In this document: positions 29,310 through 37,832 of the stretch, piece after piece
How positions within the stretch are numbered: position 1 is the first letter of the stretch
Layout: every line of letters begins with the position of its first letter
From: a virus
Strand: one strand, 5' to 3'
DNA length: 64,000 nt
Virus record (IMG/VR): IMGVR_UViG_3300049217_000117
Location: 3,904-67,903 of that record
Made by a program: the position numbers and the translations under genes
Notes under the pieces: model-generated
The model's database searches: none
What the model was told of the DNA's origin: nothing
The model's input: only the letters and a program-made list of their open reading frames with translations

Positions 29310-30707
29310 TTAGCTCTGGCTGTTAGGCGAGAGCTGACCCGTGATGTTCTCAACGAGAACGTTCTTACGGGGCTGGTACACTGCCAGGCTGAGGAAGCGG
29401 AAGTGCGCTTCTGGCAAGCTGAGGTCAGAGACCGCAAGCTTGAGCTTGGAGTACGGAGCCAGCTGAGCCAGGCCCATGGTGTTACCCTGGACAAGGAAGC
29501 CGGTGATCGAACCAGGCTGACGGTTGCCGAGGTCACTGAAGACCGCGCCCGTACCAGCAGAGTTGACCGCGACCTTACCGACGAACTTGGCATTTGCAGC
29601 CGAGCCGTTCAGGTCAGAACGGTAAACATTGAAGTACTGACCGGAGCCAGTGATCGTCACAGTCACCTTATCGCCTGCCGTAACAGCCTGCGAAGAAGCT
29701 GCCGAAGGCAGCGACTCACCACGAATGGTGCAAGCCGTAGCGTAGTACGTGTAGGTGCCAGTCTGGAGCAACGAGCCAGCCGCGCCCGCGTCAGCGAGAA
29801 CGATGGTCGGAGCAGCCGGGCTGCCAGCGCGAGCGCGAGCAGGACGGGTTTTGCCAGACAGGAAGCGGGAAGCTTCAAGCGACACGACTGCACTGGAGGT
29901 CCACTGAGTGCGAAGATGAGCGCCGGTAGCTTCTTGAGCCGAACCTGCGAGCATGATGCGCTCCTTGGCATGTGCAATCTTGTTGTAGGCCGAGAGGCCG
30001 ATCGGATCGAGGATCAGTCGGTCTGCAGCGCCCATGTTCATGGCCGAGCGAACCGAAGTATCTTCGATGATGGACTGCGTGAGCGTTCCACCGGCAGAGA
30101 TCACAACCGTCTGGTCCGAGCCGTACTCGGCGAACATCAGGTCTTGAGTATTCTGCTCACCATCAGACTGACGAACCTGTTGGTCGAGACCAATCATGTT
30201 CGGCATCTTGGCGACTGCGAGCGGGTTACCGTCGAAAACACCAGCGTTCGAGAAATCGCTTTGACCACGGAAGCAGTCAAATTCGATGTCGCCCGCGAGC
30301 TTCATTGCAGCATCTGCAGAAGCGCGGTCTTCGGCCTTAACGCCGTCGAATGCACCAATGTAGTTTGCAGCAACCGTAACACGACGAGTCGTGCTGTAGT
30401 ATGCCATCGGGACAACTGCACGCACGTAGTTCGAAGTGTCTTCTTCGCCGATTCCGCCTTCAAACTGGGCAGAACCCCCGAACACGCCGTAATCCAGCTG
30501 ACGATTGAACTGATGGAGCTGAGACTTAACGTCCTTGCTCGGCAGCATCTTCTGCAGCTTGATGTGACTGTCGTCGAATGTTACATTGTGCATGACAGGC
30601 GAAAGGTCTTCGACCATCAACGCAGCACCTTGTGCCAACTGACCTGGAGCAGCATTGTAACTACCTGCCTCAAGTGCTTTCATTAGTGACTGAAGTTGTT
30701 CAATCAT
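29310..30707 (-). CDS. major capsid protein
   Basis: 465 aa; LMKALEAG..., GAAL.VEDL, C-terminal L.VYQPRK.V..ENI. Confidence 0.85.
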   Translation of the reverse strand: MIEQLQSLMKALEAGSYNAAPGQLAQGAALMVEDLSPVMHNVTFDDSHIKLQKMLPSKDVKSQLHQFNRQLDYGVFGGSAQFEGGIGEEDTSNYVRAVVPMAYYSTTRRVTVAANYIGAFDGVKAEDRASADAAMKLAGDIEFDCFRGQSDFSNAGVFDGNPLAVAKMPNMIGLDQQVRQSDGEQNTQDLMFAEYGSDQTVVISAGGTLTQSIIEDTSVRSAMNMGAADRLILDPIGLSAYNKIAHAKERIMLAGSAQEATGAHLRTQWTSSAVVSLEASRFLSGKTRPARARAGSPAAPTIVLADAGAAGSLLQTGTYTYYATACTIRGESLPSAASSQAVTAGDKVTVTITGSGQYFNVYRSDLNGSAANAKFVGKVAVNSAGTGAVFSDLGNRQPGSITGFLVQGNTMGLAQLAPYSKLKLAVSDLSLPEAHFRFLSLAVYQPRKNVLVENITGQLSPNSQS

Positions 30708-30733
30708 TTTCGTTCTCCTAGTTAAATTTCCGC

Positions 30734-31861
30734 TTACTTGAGTAAGTGGCTAATCGCCTTTAAATTTCTATCACCAAGATAGAAGGCGTTGATTGCGTCT
30801 CGATCTGACTTTTCGAGCTTTGGATCAGCGGCTTTCTTATTCAGAATGCTATTGATCTCAACTTGTGTGAGAGGTTTCTCTTCTTCCTTGACGCCTTCGC
30901 TCTTCGCGATTGCTTCAAGTGAAGTGATGGCTTTGCCAGCCGGAGCGCCACGCTTCTCGACCAATTTGGTCAAAATAGCCGTTGCGGTATCTAGTGTCTT
31001 TTGAAGCTTTTCGTTTTCAGCTTTCAAAAGCTCGTTTTCTGACTTTTCCATATTTCCCTCAGATTTGTGAAGACCTACGTTGATTTTCTCACCGTGGGCA
31101 TCGCTGTCGGCGCTTTTCGCACCGGGAGAATTCTTCGGAGCAGATTCTTCAATCTTCCCGCCGTTTCTCCTGGCCGCTTCGCCCTTGTTGAGACCCACGT
31201 TGATTTTGTCGCCGTGAGCATCGCTATCTGCGCTTTTGGCGCCGAGAGCGTTACAAGGAGCACATTCTTCAATGTTCCCGTTAGGGCCATTGTTGCCTGC
31301 GCTCTTGTTCAGACCGATATTGGTCTTGTCGCCGTTTGCATTGCTTGCCGGACTCTTTGCACCCAGAGAATTCTTCGGAGCGGACGGTTCGATACCGTCT
31401 TCGTTCTTTTGAATCGCCGGTTGAGCCGCTGCGCCACCGCCGCTTGCAATGCTAGCAATGCAATCGTGGTGAGCCTTCAGCTCTTGTTCGCTCATGGACA
31501 TGTACATCTTTTTCATGTGTTCCATGTCTTCTGCGTCATAGTCGTGGCCAGCGCCCTGCATTCCGGACGGAGCAGCCGGAGCTGCAGCGGCAGGTGCTGC
31601 ACCTTCGGGCGCAGGAGCGCCTTCTGGTTTAGCTTCGCCTTCGGGAGCCTTTTCGCCGCCTTCAGCATGAGCCTCAGGCTTCTTTTCGCCTTCGGGCTTC
31701 TTCTCAGGCTTCTTTTCGCCTTCGGGCTTCTTCTCAGGCTTCTTTTCGCCGTCTTCCGACTTAGCGAGATTGAAATTCTCTTCGGCCTTTGCAAGGTGCG
31801 AAGTGAATTCCTTCTCTACGTCAGAAATGAGCCTCTGAAGCTCTTGTTCGGTGTACTGCAT
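30734..31861 (-). CDS. putative capsid scaffold protein
   Basis: Directly upstream of the capsid gene; low-complexity repeats. Confidence 0.6.
   Translation of the reverse strand: MQYTEQELQRLISDVEKEFTSHLAKAEENFNLAKSEDGEKKPEKKPEGEKKPEKKPEGEKKPEAHAEGGEKAPEGEAKPEGAPAPEGAAPAAAAPAAPSGMQGAGHDYDAEDMEHMKKMYMSMSEQELKAHHDCIASIASGGGAAAQPAIQKNEDGIEPSAPKNSLGAKSPASNANGDKTNIGLNKSAGNNGPNGNIEECAPCNALGAKSADSDAHGDKINVGLNKGEAARRNGGKIEESAPKNSPGAKSADSDAHGEKINVGLHKSEGNMEKSENELLKAENEKLQKTLDTATAILTKLVEKRGAPAGKAITSLEAIAKSEGVKEEEKPLTQVEINSILNKKAADPKLEKSDRDAINAFYLGDRNLKAISHLLK
31670..31750 (-). repeat. 30-bp tandem repeat encoding EKKPEKKPEG
   Basis: CTCAGGCTTCTTTTCGCCTTCGGGCTTCTT repeated about 2.5 times. Confidence 0.85.
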
Positions 31862-31885
31862 GGTTTGACCCTCCAGTTACTCCGA

Positions 31886-32350
31886 TTAGACCGACTTCGT
31901 AGGCCAGTACAGCTCTTCCAGGTCAGCAACAACCGTTGCGGTGGCAAGATTGGCTTCAGTGACAGCCGTGCCGTTAGCGTTCTCTTCGAACTTCGTGCGG
32001 CAACCGACCTTGATAGCCTCGAAAGCAGCGGTCCACAGATCGCCGTCGGTAGGAATTGGGTTATCTGCAGCGGCCAACTCGTAGTTGAACTCAAGCGTAT
32101 GCGGAGCATATGCCGTAGTCGAGTTACCGAAGATGTCCTTAGACACCATGTCCACACCCGTGATGCGGATAAGAATGACTGCGGAACCAGCCGTTTCCAC
32201 TCCGCCGCTGGAAAGGAACAACATCGGCCAGCCGTTTGCGTCGAATGCTTGGCGAACGGTATTAATCGTCGCGCTGCCCGCGAAACGCTTGGAAAGCTTG
32301 TCTGCAAGATCGCGCGAAAGAGCGACTGCTTTTGCTGTAGAAAGAGGCAT
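31886..32350 (-). CDS. putative virion head protein
   Basis: AGGAG RBS; first gene of the capsid operon. Confidence 0.6.
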   Translation of the reverse strand: MPLSTAKAVALSRDLADKLSKRFAGSATINTVRQAFDANGWPMLFLSSGGVETAGSAVILIRITGVDMVSKDIFGNSTTAYAPHTLEFNYELAAADNPIPTDGDLWTAAFEAIKVGCRTKFEENANGTAVTEANLATATVVADLEELYWPTKSV

Positions 32351-32523
32351 GTTAGATTCTCCTGAATTTTCTCGTGTTAACACGAATGGGTACCCACACG
32401 GATAACCCTTCGATATAATTGAAAGATACAGTCTCTGACATTTTATTGTAAAAAATCAATAAGTTATGGTACGATTTTGTAAATAGTTACTCTCACATTC
32501 CTGCCAGCGACAATCTTAGAGAT

Positions 32524-33228
32524 ATGAATATTTTCTATGTTTATAGGCACATAACAATTGATACCAAAGAACTCTTCTATATCGGTAAAGGGAAAGGCAG
32601 GCGAGCCTATGATCAAAATCACAATAGGTTATGGAAAAATATTGTCGAGAAACACAACTATATTATTGAATTTATTAAAGAAAATTTAACAGAAGAAGAG
32701 GCACTTAGATTAGAAAAAGAATTAATTGACCAATATAGGCCGAGAGCCAATTTTTCAGTTGGTGGAAGAGGTGGTGCGACAGGATTAAAAAGATCAAAAG
32801 AAGACATAGCAAAAAGATCAAGAACTCAAAGCAGGCAAAGATCTACTCCAGAAGCAAGAGCGAGGCAAAGCTTGTTGAGCAAGGAAATAGCTAGCAGACC
32901 AGGAATGAAAGAGAAGGCCGTAGAAGGAAGGCGACCATGGTTAGAAAAGGTTAAAAACGGGGAAGTGCCAAATCCATGGAAGGGTCGGGTCGTATCGGAA
33001 GAAACTAGAAAAATGATATCGGAGAGTCAAAAAGGCGAAAAGGGGTACTGGTATGGGAAAATTAGCGGTTCCGCAAAGAAAGTAATCGACCTTGATACAG
33101 GAGAAATTTTTCCCTCTTTAAAGAAAGCAGCCGAGTCAGTAGGGGGAAGCTTTAGACCTATGATTAGGCGCATGGTAATAGGTAAAAGATATAAAAAACA
33201 CCTATTTGCATATTACAATAAAGACTAA
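32524..33228 (+). CDS. GIY-YIG homing endonuclease with NUMOD-type DNA-binding tail
   Basis: FYVY...FYIGKG.G.R; SEETRKMISES. Confidence 0.85.
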   Translation: MNIFYVYRHITIDTKELFYIGKGKGRRAYDQNHNRLWKNIVEKHNYIIEFIKENLTEEEALRLEKELIDQYRPRANFSVGGRGGATGLKRSKEDIAKRSRTQSRQRSTPEARARQSLLSKEIASRPGMKEKAVEGRRPWLEKVKNGEVPNPWKGRVVSEETRKMISESQKGEKGYWYGKISGSAKKVIDLDTGEIFPSLKKAAESVGGSFRPMIRRMVIGKRYKKHLFAYYNKD

Positions 33229-33244
33229 GGCAATCTTATAAATT

Positions 33245-34510
33245 ATGGCAAACTGTACGTATGTTGACGGCATAGGGTCTTCACAAGCTATCGATACCGC
33301 TGGTGAAATTGTCGATATCGCAGGTCTAGATTGTTCCTCTCTTATTGGTGGAGCGCTAAATTGGGAACATAAGTCCGATACTCCAGCGCAGCTTGTTGGT
33401 AAGATTTTGGAATACAAGAAGATTTTTTCAGAAAAGGATTGCGAAACAGACCGCCACCGCCATTTTTGGAACAAATGTCAAATTCCATTCCTTTATATTT
33501 TGGGAAGACTTTTTGATGACAAAAAAGATTCGTCCAAAGAAGCCGCAGCGCTTTTTAAAGACGATGCTGAGCATCCGAACGAGAAGCCCATGCTTGGATT
33601 TAGCGTAGAAGGTTCTAAGATAGATAAGAAAAACATGACAATAACTCGTTCTATCGCTCGTAAAATAACGCTGACAAATCTTAGCGCCAATAAAACTTGC
33701 GTAGCAGAACTTCTTCCCATGGCCAAGGACGACGATTTTCTAGATTCCATTTTCAAGACCGAAGCGGTTGAATTCTTCAAGCCAGATGGCCAATACCTCA
33801 AATTCCTTCAGAAGAAAGAGAAAGAGATGAACAAGGAAGTAGGTTCTGGCGGAGGCGCCTTCATCGGCGGCACGATGGGATTGGGATTAAGTGAAAAAAT
33901 GGAAAAGGCAGCTCCCGCTTGGGGTGCCGGTAAGAAATCTGGCAATGCTGTCCATTTCAGCCATCCCGAACACGGGACGGTTTCTATTCACAAACAGCCG
34001 TCAGGCGAATTTCACGTAAAGCACAACGGTGCCATGGCCGGAATCGGCGGCGTGAAGGGAAGTTTCAAGACTCCCCAGGAAGCTGGCGCTCACGCGAAGA
34101 CCTATATGGGTGGAGTCGGCGGCAAGAAAGTTCTCGCTCCAAAAATGCACAATAGACCTTCTCCTTCGATGATTAATAAGTCGCTAGATGCCGGATCTTC
34201 TATGGCCGCACCGAGTCAATTGACCGGGGGCGCCGCCCTTGGAGTCGAGAGTCTTTCCGGTAAAAAGAAAAAGTCAGTGTGGCTAGCTCGCGCCGAAGAG
34301 GCGTACAATACTTGGGAAAAGAAGGAAGAATTCCGATCTTTCATGAAGAAGAGACTTCCGAACATGGCGATGGGCGAAATTGACGCAATCGGCAAAACAC
34401 TGGCTCTGAAAAAGACTATGGATGCTGAAAAGCAGTTGAAGAAGTACTCAAGCTACTTCAACAAGGGAACCGACATCATGATGGTGTCTGAGAAAAAGGA
34501 GAAGAAATGA
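33245..34510 (+). CDS. prohead protease
   Basis: S...D..GE, NWEH, GFSVEG, LT...AN motifs. Confidence 0.8.
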   Translation: MANCTYVDGIGSSQAIDTAGEIVDIAGLDCSSLIGGALNWEHKSDTPAQLVGKILEYKKIFSEKDCETDRHRHFWNKCQIPFLYILGRLFDDKKDSSKEAAALFKDDAEHPNEKPMLGFSVEGSKIDKKNMTITRSIARKITLTNLSANKTCVAELLPMAKDDDFLDSIFKTEAVEFFKPDGQYLKFLQKKEKEMNKEVGSGGGAFIGGTMGLGLSEKMEKAAPAWGAGKKSGNAVHFSHPEHGTVSIHKQPSGEFHVKHNGAMAGIGGVKGSFKTPQEAGAHAKTYMGGVGGKKVLAPKMHNRPSPSMINKSLDAGSSMAAPSQLTGGAALGVESLSGKKKKSVWLARAEEAYNTWEKKEEFRSFMKKRLPNMAMGEIDAIGKTLALKKTMDAEKQLKKYSSYFNKGTDIMMVSEKKEKK

Positions 34511-34674
34511 AAGAGAAATTACTAGCACTTTGGGCAAAAGTTCAACCCTGGCTCGATAAGGCGTGGGCATGGTCCCCGTTTGCTTGCGGCCTGGTCTGTG
34601 GATATTTTGGTAAACCAATCATCCAATTGGCCATTGATGTGGCTGCAAAGCTGATCAAAACCTTTTTGGGTTAA
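34507..34674 (+). CDS. small membrane protein (55 aa)
   Basis: MKEKLLALWAKVQPW...; ATGA overlap with the protease gene. Confidence 0.55.
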   Translation: MKEKLLALWAKVQPWLDKAWAWSPFACGLVCGYFGKPIIQLAIDVAAKLIKTFLG

Positions 34675-34981
34675 TTTACGGGGACCGGGACGGTCCCTGC
34701 CGGATACCGGGATAGGTGTAGGGCTGCCAGGGATGGTGGCCCTTTTTATTTTGTTGTTCTGATTTTCGACTGTGATATAATCTTGAGTGTAAGGCAGGAT
34801 CGCCACCAAACTCTAGATTGACGTGAGTGCGGAGATTTCTGCAGACCTGCTCCGCCCCATCTTTTGGGATGGAAAACTCATGAACGAGCAAACTTTTGCT
34901 CAGATTCGTGAGCGGCTTGCAAAGAGCAAAAAATAGTAAAAAAGCTCTTGCTAGCCAGTTCGATTGTGATATAGTTGTTGT

Positions 34982-35039
34982 CAGGGTCGCTCGGTAGCGG
35001 TTATTTGCTAAATATCCCCGCTATCAAACTATTATCCTG
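34982..35039 (+). ncRNA. Y-RNA-like stem-loop in the Ro60 leader
   Basis: CAGGGUCG/UUAUCCUG bulged-C helix; inner GGUAGCGG/CCGCUAUC stem. Confidence 0.7.
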
Positions 35040-35061
35040 CCACTCTCCAACGGAGACGCAT

Positions 35062-36627
35062 ATGAAGAATTATTCGAGTTCCATCACGAATCGTCCTCAG
35101 ACTCAGCCCATTTTCGGTCGTACCGATATGGTGCAGAACAATGCTGGCGGCTTCTCTTTTGAAGTCACCCCTCAGCAGCGTCTTGAGCGTTTTCTTCTGA
35201 TCGGCTCAGAAGGCGGTACCTATTATGTCGATGAGCAGAAGCTGACTGAACAGAATGCTACTGCGATCATCAAGTACATCAAGAGCGATGGCGCCAAGGC
35301 TCTCGCTACGGTTGTTGATTTCGCCGAAAACAACCGTGCGCCTAAGGCCGATGCAACCGTTTTCGTTCTTGCCCTCATCGCCTCTCATGGTGACAAGGAA
35401 ACCAAGATCGCTTCATATTCTGCCATTTCCAAGGTCTGCAAGACTTCTACGCACCTTTTCATGTTCCTTGCGAACATCCAAAATCTTCGTGGATGGTCCA
35501 AGGGCCTCTGTAAGGGCGTTGCGAAGTTCTACACTGGCCGCACGACCGATCAGGTCGCGTATCAGCTGGTCAAGTATCGCAACCGTGCTGGATTCACGCA
35601 CGCTGACGCTCTGTCACTTTCTCATCCTAGCAAAGTGAGCGCAGAGCTGTTCAAGCTTTTCGGTTATGCTCGCGGCAAGGTCACTCCCTTCGAATCGGGC
35701 AACGCCCTGGTTGATGCCTTTGAAAAGGCTCAATCCGACGTTTCTACCGACGAACTGGTTGGGCTCATTCGTGAGTACAAGCTCACCTGGGAAATGGTTC
35801 CCCAGGAGAAGCTGAATACCAAGGAAGTGCTCCTGGCGCTCCTTGAGAATATGCCTCTCACGGCTCTGATCAGAAATCTGAACCGTTTCTCATACAACGA
35901 CTTGACCGAAGGGAACACCCCTACGGTGAAGACGATCGTATCCAAGCTGACCGACAAGGAAAACGTTCAGAAGAGCGGAATTCACCCCCTTAACGTCGTC
36001 AACTCGATGCTCACGTACTCCTCTGGTCGTGGTGTCAGGGGCGACAAGACGTGGAAGGTCAACCAGAACATCGTGGATGCCCTCGGCACCACTTACGATT
36101 TGGCTCTTGCTGCACTGACTCCGACCAACAAGAACATTCTTTTGGCCGTGGACATTTCGGGTAGCATGAGGGCTCCGGTCAACAACATGCAAATGAATGC
36201 TTCGCAGATCGCGAATGTTCTTGCTGTGACCATCCTCAAGGCTGAGAAGAATGCCGAACTCATGTGGTTCGACACGAACATTCAGCCTGCGAAGCTTGGC
36301 CGAAGAAACAGTATCGATGAGGTTCTTCGTAATTCGCCTCATGGCGGCGGTACGGACTGTGCGCAAGCATTCGTCCATGCTCTTGCCACCAAGACGAAGT
36401 ACGATGCGATCGTCATTCTCACGGACAACGAAACGTGGGCCGGTAACGCGCACGGACTGGATCTCTTGAATCAGTATCGTCGATCGGTGAACAGGGACGT
36501 GAAGGTGATTGAGCTTGCTTTGGCAGCCAATCCTTCTACGAATCTGCCGGTTGATGAGGCCAACGTTCTTCGTGTCGTTGGTTTCGATGCAAGTGTCACG
36601 GATCTGATCAACACATATTTGGAGTAG
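35062..36627 (+). CDS. rsr: Ro60/Rsr TROVE-domain RNA-binding protein with vWA domain
   Basis: NNAGG.SF, RFL.IGSEGGTYY, KYRNR.G.TH.D.L.L.HP, MP.TALIRNL, DISGSM, GGTDC, TDNETW. Confidence 0.95.
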   Translation: MKNYSSSITNRPQTQPIFGRTDMVQNNAGGFSFEVTPQQRLERFLLIGSEGGTYYVDEQKLTEQNATAIIKYIKSDGAKALATVVDFAENNRAPKADATVFVLALIASHGDKETKIASYSAISKVCKTSTHLFMFLANIQNLRGWSKGLCKGVAKFYTGRTTDQVAYQLVKYRNRAGFTHADALSLSHPSKVSAELFKLFGYARGKVTPFESGNALVDAFEKAQSDVSTDELVGLIREYKLTWEMVPQEKLNTKEVLLALLENMPLTALIRNLNRFSYNDLTEGNTPTVKTIVSKLTDKENVQKSGIHPLNVVNSMLTYSSGRGVRGDKTWKVNQNIVDALGTTYDLALAALTPTNKNILLAVDISGSMRAPVNNMQMNASQIANVLAVTILKAEKNAELMWFDTNIQPAKLGRRNSIDEVLRNSPHGGGTDCAQAFVHALATKTKYDAIVILTDNETWAGNAHGLDLLNQYRRSVNRDVKVIELALAANPSTNLPVDEANVLRVVGFDASVTDLINTYLE

Positions 36628-36633
36628 TTTAAC

Positions 36634-36691
36634 GAGGGTCGCTCGGTAGCGGTTATTTGCTAAATATCCCCGCTGCCAAATTCTTATCCTC
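36634..36691 (+). ncRNA. Y-RNA-like RNA 1
   Basis: Near-copy of 34982-35039 with pairing-preserving substitutions. Confidence 0.75.
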
Positions 36692-36698
36692 AAAAGTT

Positions 36699-36809
36699 CT
36701 TTGCAGGTCGAATGGGATCGGTTATTCGGATAGCTCGGGGGTCGAACCCCAACCAATAGAAATATTGGGAGCACTCTTGCAGCCCCATGGAGGCACTTAA
36801 TCTTTAGAG
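36699..36809 (+). ncRNA. Y-RNA-like RNA 2 with T-arm-like hairpin
   Basis: GGUCGAA..GGUUAU motif; GGGG-UCGAA-CCCC and CCAAUA-GAAA-UAUUGG hairpins. Confidence 0.65.
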
Positions 36810-36813
36810 TTCT

Positions 36814-36885
36814 TGGCGGGTCGATTTCCCACGGGTTATTTTGACGTAAATACCTTCCCGTGGACTGTCTCTCTTTATCACGCCA
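36814..36885 (+). ncRNA. Y-RNA-like RNA 3
   Basis: UGGCGGGUCGA/UUAUCACGCCA; CCACGGG/CCCGUGG. Confidence 0.7.
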
Positions 36886-36894
36886 CTCAAGTTT

Positions 36895-37113
36895 TACGGG
36901 TCGAAGGTCTCTGGTTATGTACTCAAGGATGTCCCGGCTAAAAGCCATATGGGAATAGCGTTACCGGCGAATACAGGTAAGGGGTGCTCCCAAACTGCAC
37001 TAGTACAATGACCAACTAAAATGGTCAGGACGGGGTTGGTTCCCCCTTTAATAAAGGCAAGGCAAACACCTCCGAGAGGAGGCCGCCGTCCAGGTACCAA
37101 CTATTTATCCGTA
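36895..37113 (+). ncRNA. Y-RNA-like RNA 4 with a large multi-hairpin insert
   Basis: UACGGGUCGAA/UUUAUCCGUA closing helix. Confidence 0.65.
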
Positions 37114-37140
37114 TCTTTTCCAGCTATGATATAGTTCTGT

Positions 37141-37215
37141 GGGGTCGTAGCTCAGTGGTAGAGCAGTCGCTTCGCAAGCGAAAGGTCGAGGGTTCAAATC
37201 CCTTCTTCTCCACCA
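37141..37215 (+). tRNA. tRNA-Ala(CGC)
   Basis: TT-CGC-AA loop, G3:U70, CCA; two acceptor-stem mismatches. Confidence 0.85.
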
Positions 37216-37223
37216 ATTTTAAT

Positions 37224-37304
37224 GGGGTTCCAGCAACGTATGGCTGGACGCAAGTGTGGCACCGTCACTAAGTGGTGCCTTGAGGGCTGCAAAACCCCGG
37301 CCCC
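37224..37304 (+). ncRNA. tRNA-like cloverleaf of unknown class
   Basis: GGGGUU/GGCCCC closing three hairpins. Confidence 0.45.
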
Positions 37305-37308
37305 GTTT

Positions 37309-37770
37309 TTAAGTGGCGGGCTGATCGTCGTACTGATGATCGTAGACGCCATCCCAGGCATCCGGCGCATGCGCCCTACTAGAATCAGGAACAAAGATCC
37401 TGTGGCCGCTCTTAGGCGGTCCAAATCCAAAATGCACCCATGTCTCCGTCCAGCGACGGTCTTCCATGTAGAATCCGAGGTCGCGCATGAGCGCTAGATT
37501 CTCAACGACCCATTTCCATAGAGATCCGTCCACGTCAGAAATATCTACTGCGAGTCCCTGCATGTGTTTTGACTTGGCGGCTGCGCCTGGCGTAGCTCCG
37601 TTAATCGAGGGCGGTCTCCAGCCAGAGTTGACCGTCATAGGCTTGCCCCAAGCCGTCCTGACTTGGTTAATGAGCGGAAGAAGCTTATCCAAATTGTCGG
37701 ATATTTCCTGCGTGTAATCATCTTTGTATTGAACGTCTCTGCCGTGCAAAAGCTCTGATTTAGAGATCAT
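37309..37770 (-). CDS. peptidase M15-family endolysin
   Basis: SGWR, SKHMQGLAVD, WVH Zn ligands. Confidence 0.8.
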   Translation of the reverse strand: MISKSELLHGRDVQYKDDYTQEISDNLDKLLPLINQVRTAWGKPMTVNSGWRPPSINGATPGAAAKSKHMQGLAVDISDVDGSLWKWVVENLALMRDLGFYMEDRRWTETWVHFGFGPPKSGHRIFVPDSSRAHAPDAWDGVYDHQYDDQPAT

Positions 37771-37832
37771 AAAATGGTCCTTGAAAGTTTCACTGATTGG
37801 TGTATACTAGGGTAAAGATTGCCGGAGGAATA

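Noticed and set aside
29403-32365. Long + strand ORFs (427 aa and 432 aa)
   Set aside because: Antisense shadows of the capsid and scaffold genes with no recognisable motifs.
34975-35061. TTG-start extension of Ro60
   Set aside because: It overlaps the structured RNA; the GGAG RBS and conserved N-terminus favour the ATG at 35062.
34982-36691. Direct repeats flanking Ro60 as ends of a mobile element
   Set aside because: Differences between the copies preserve RNA pairing, the motif recurs three more times, and there is no adjacent recombinase.
35890-36948. 352-aa minus-strand ORF
   Set aside because: Antisense to Ro60 and the Y-like RNAs, with no motifs.
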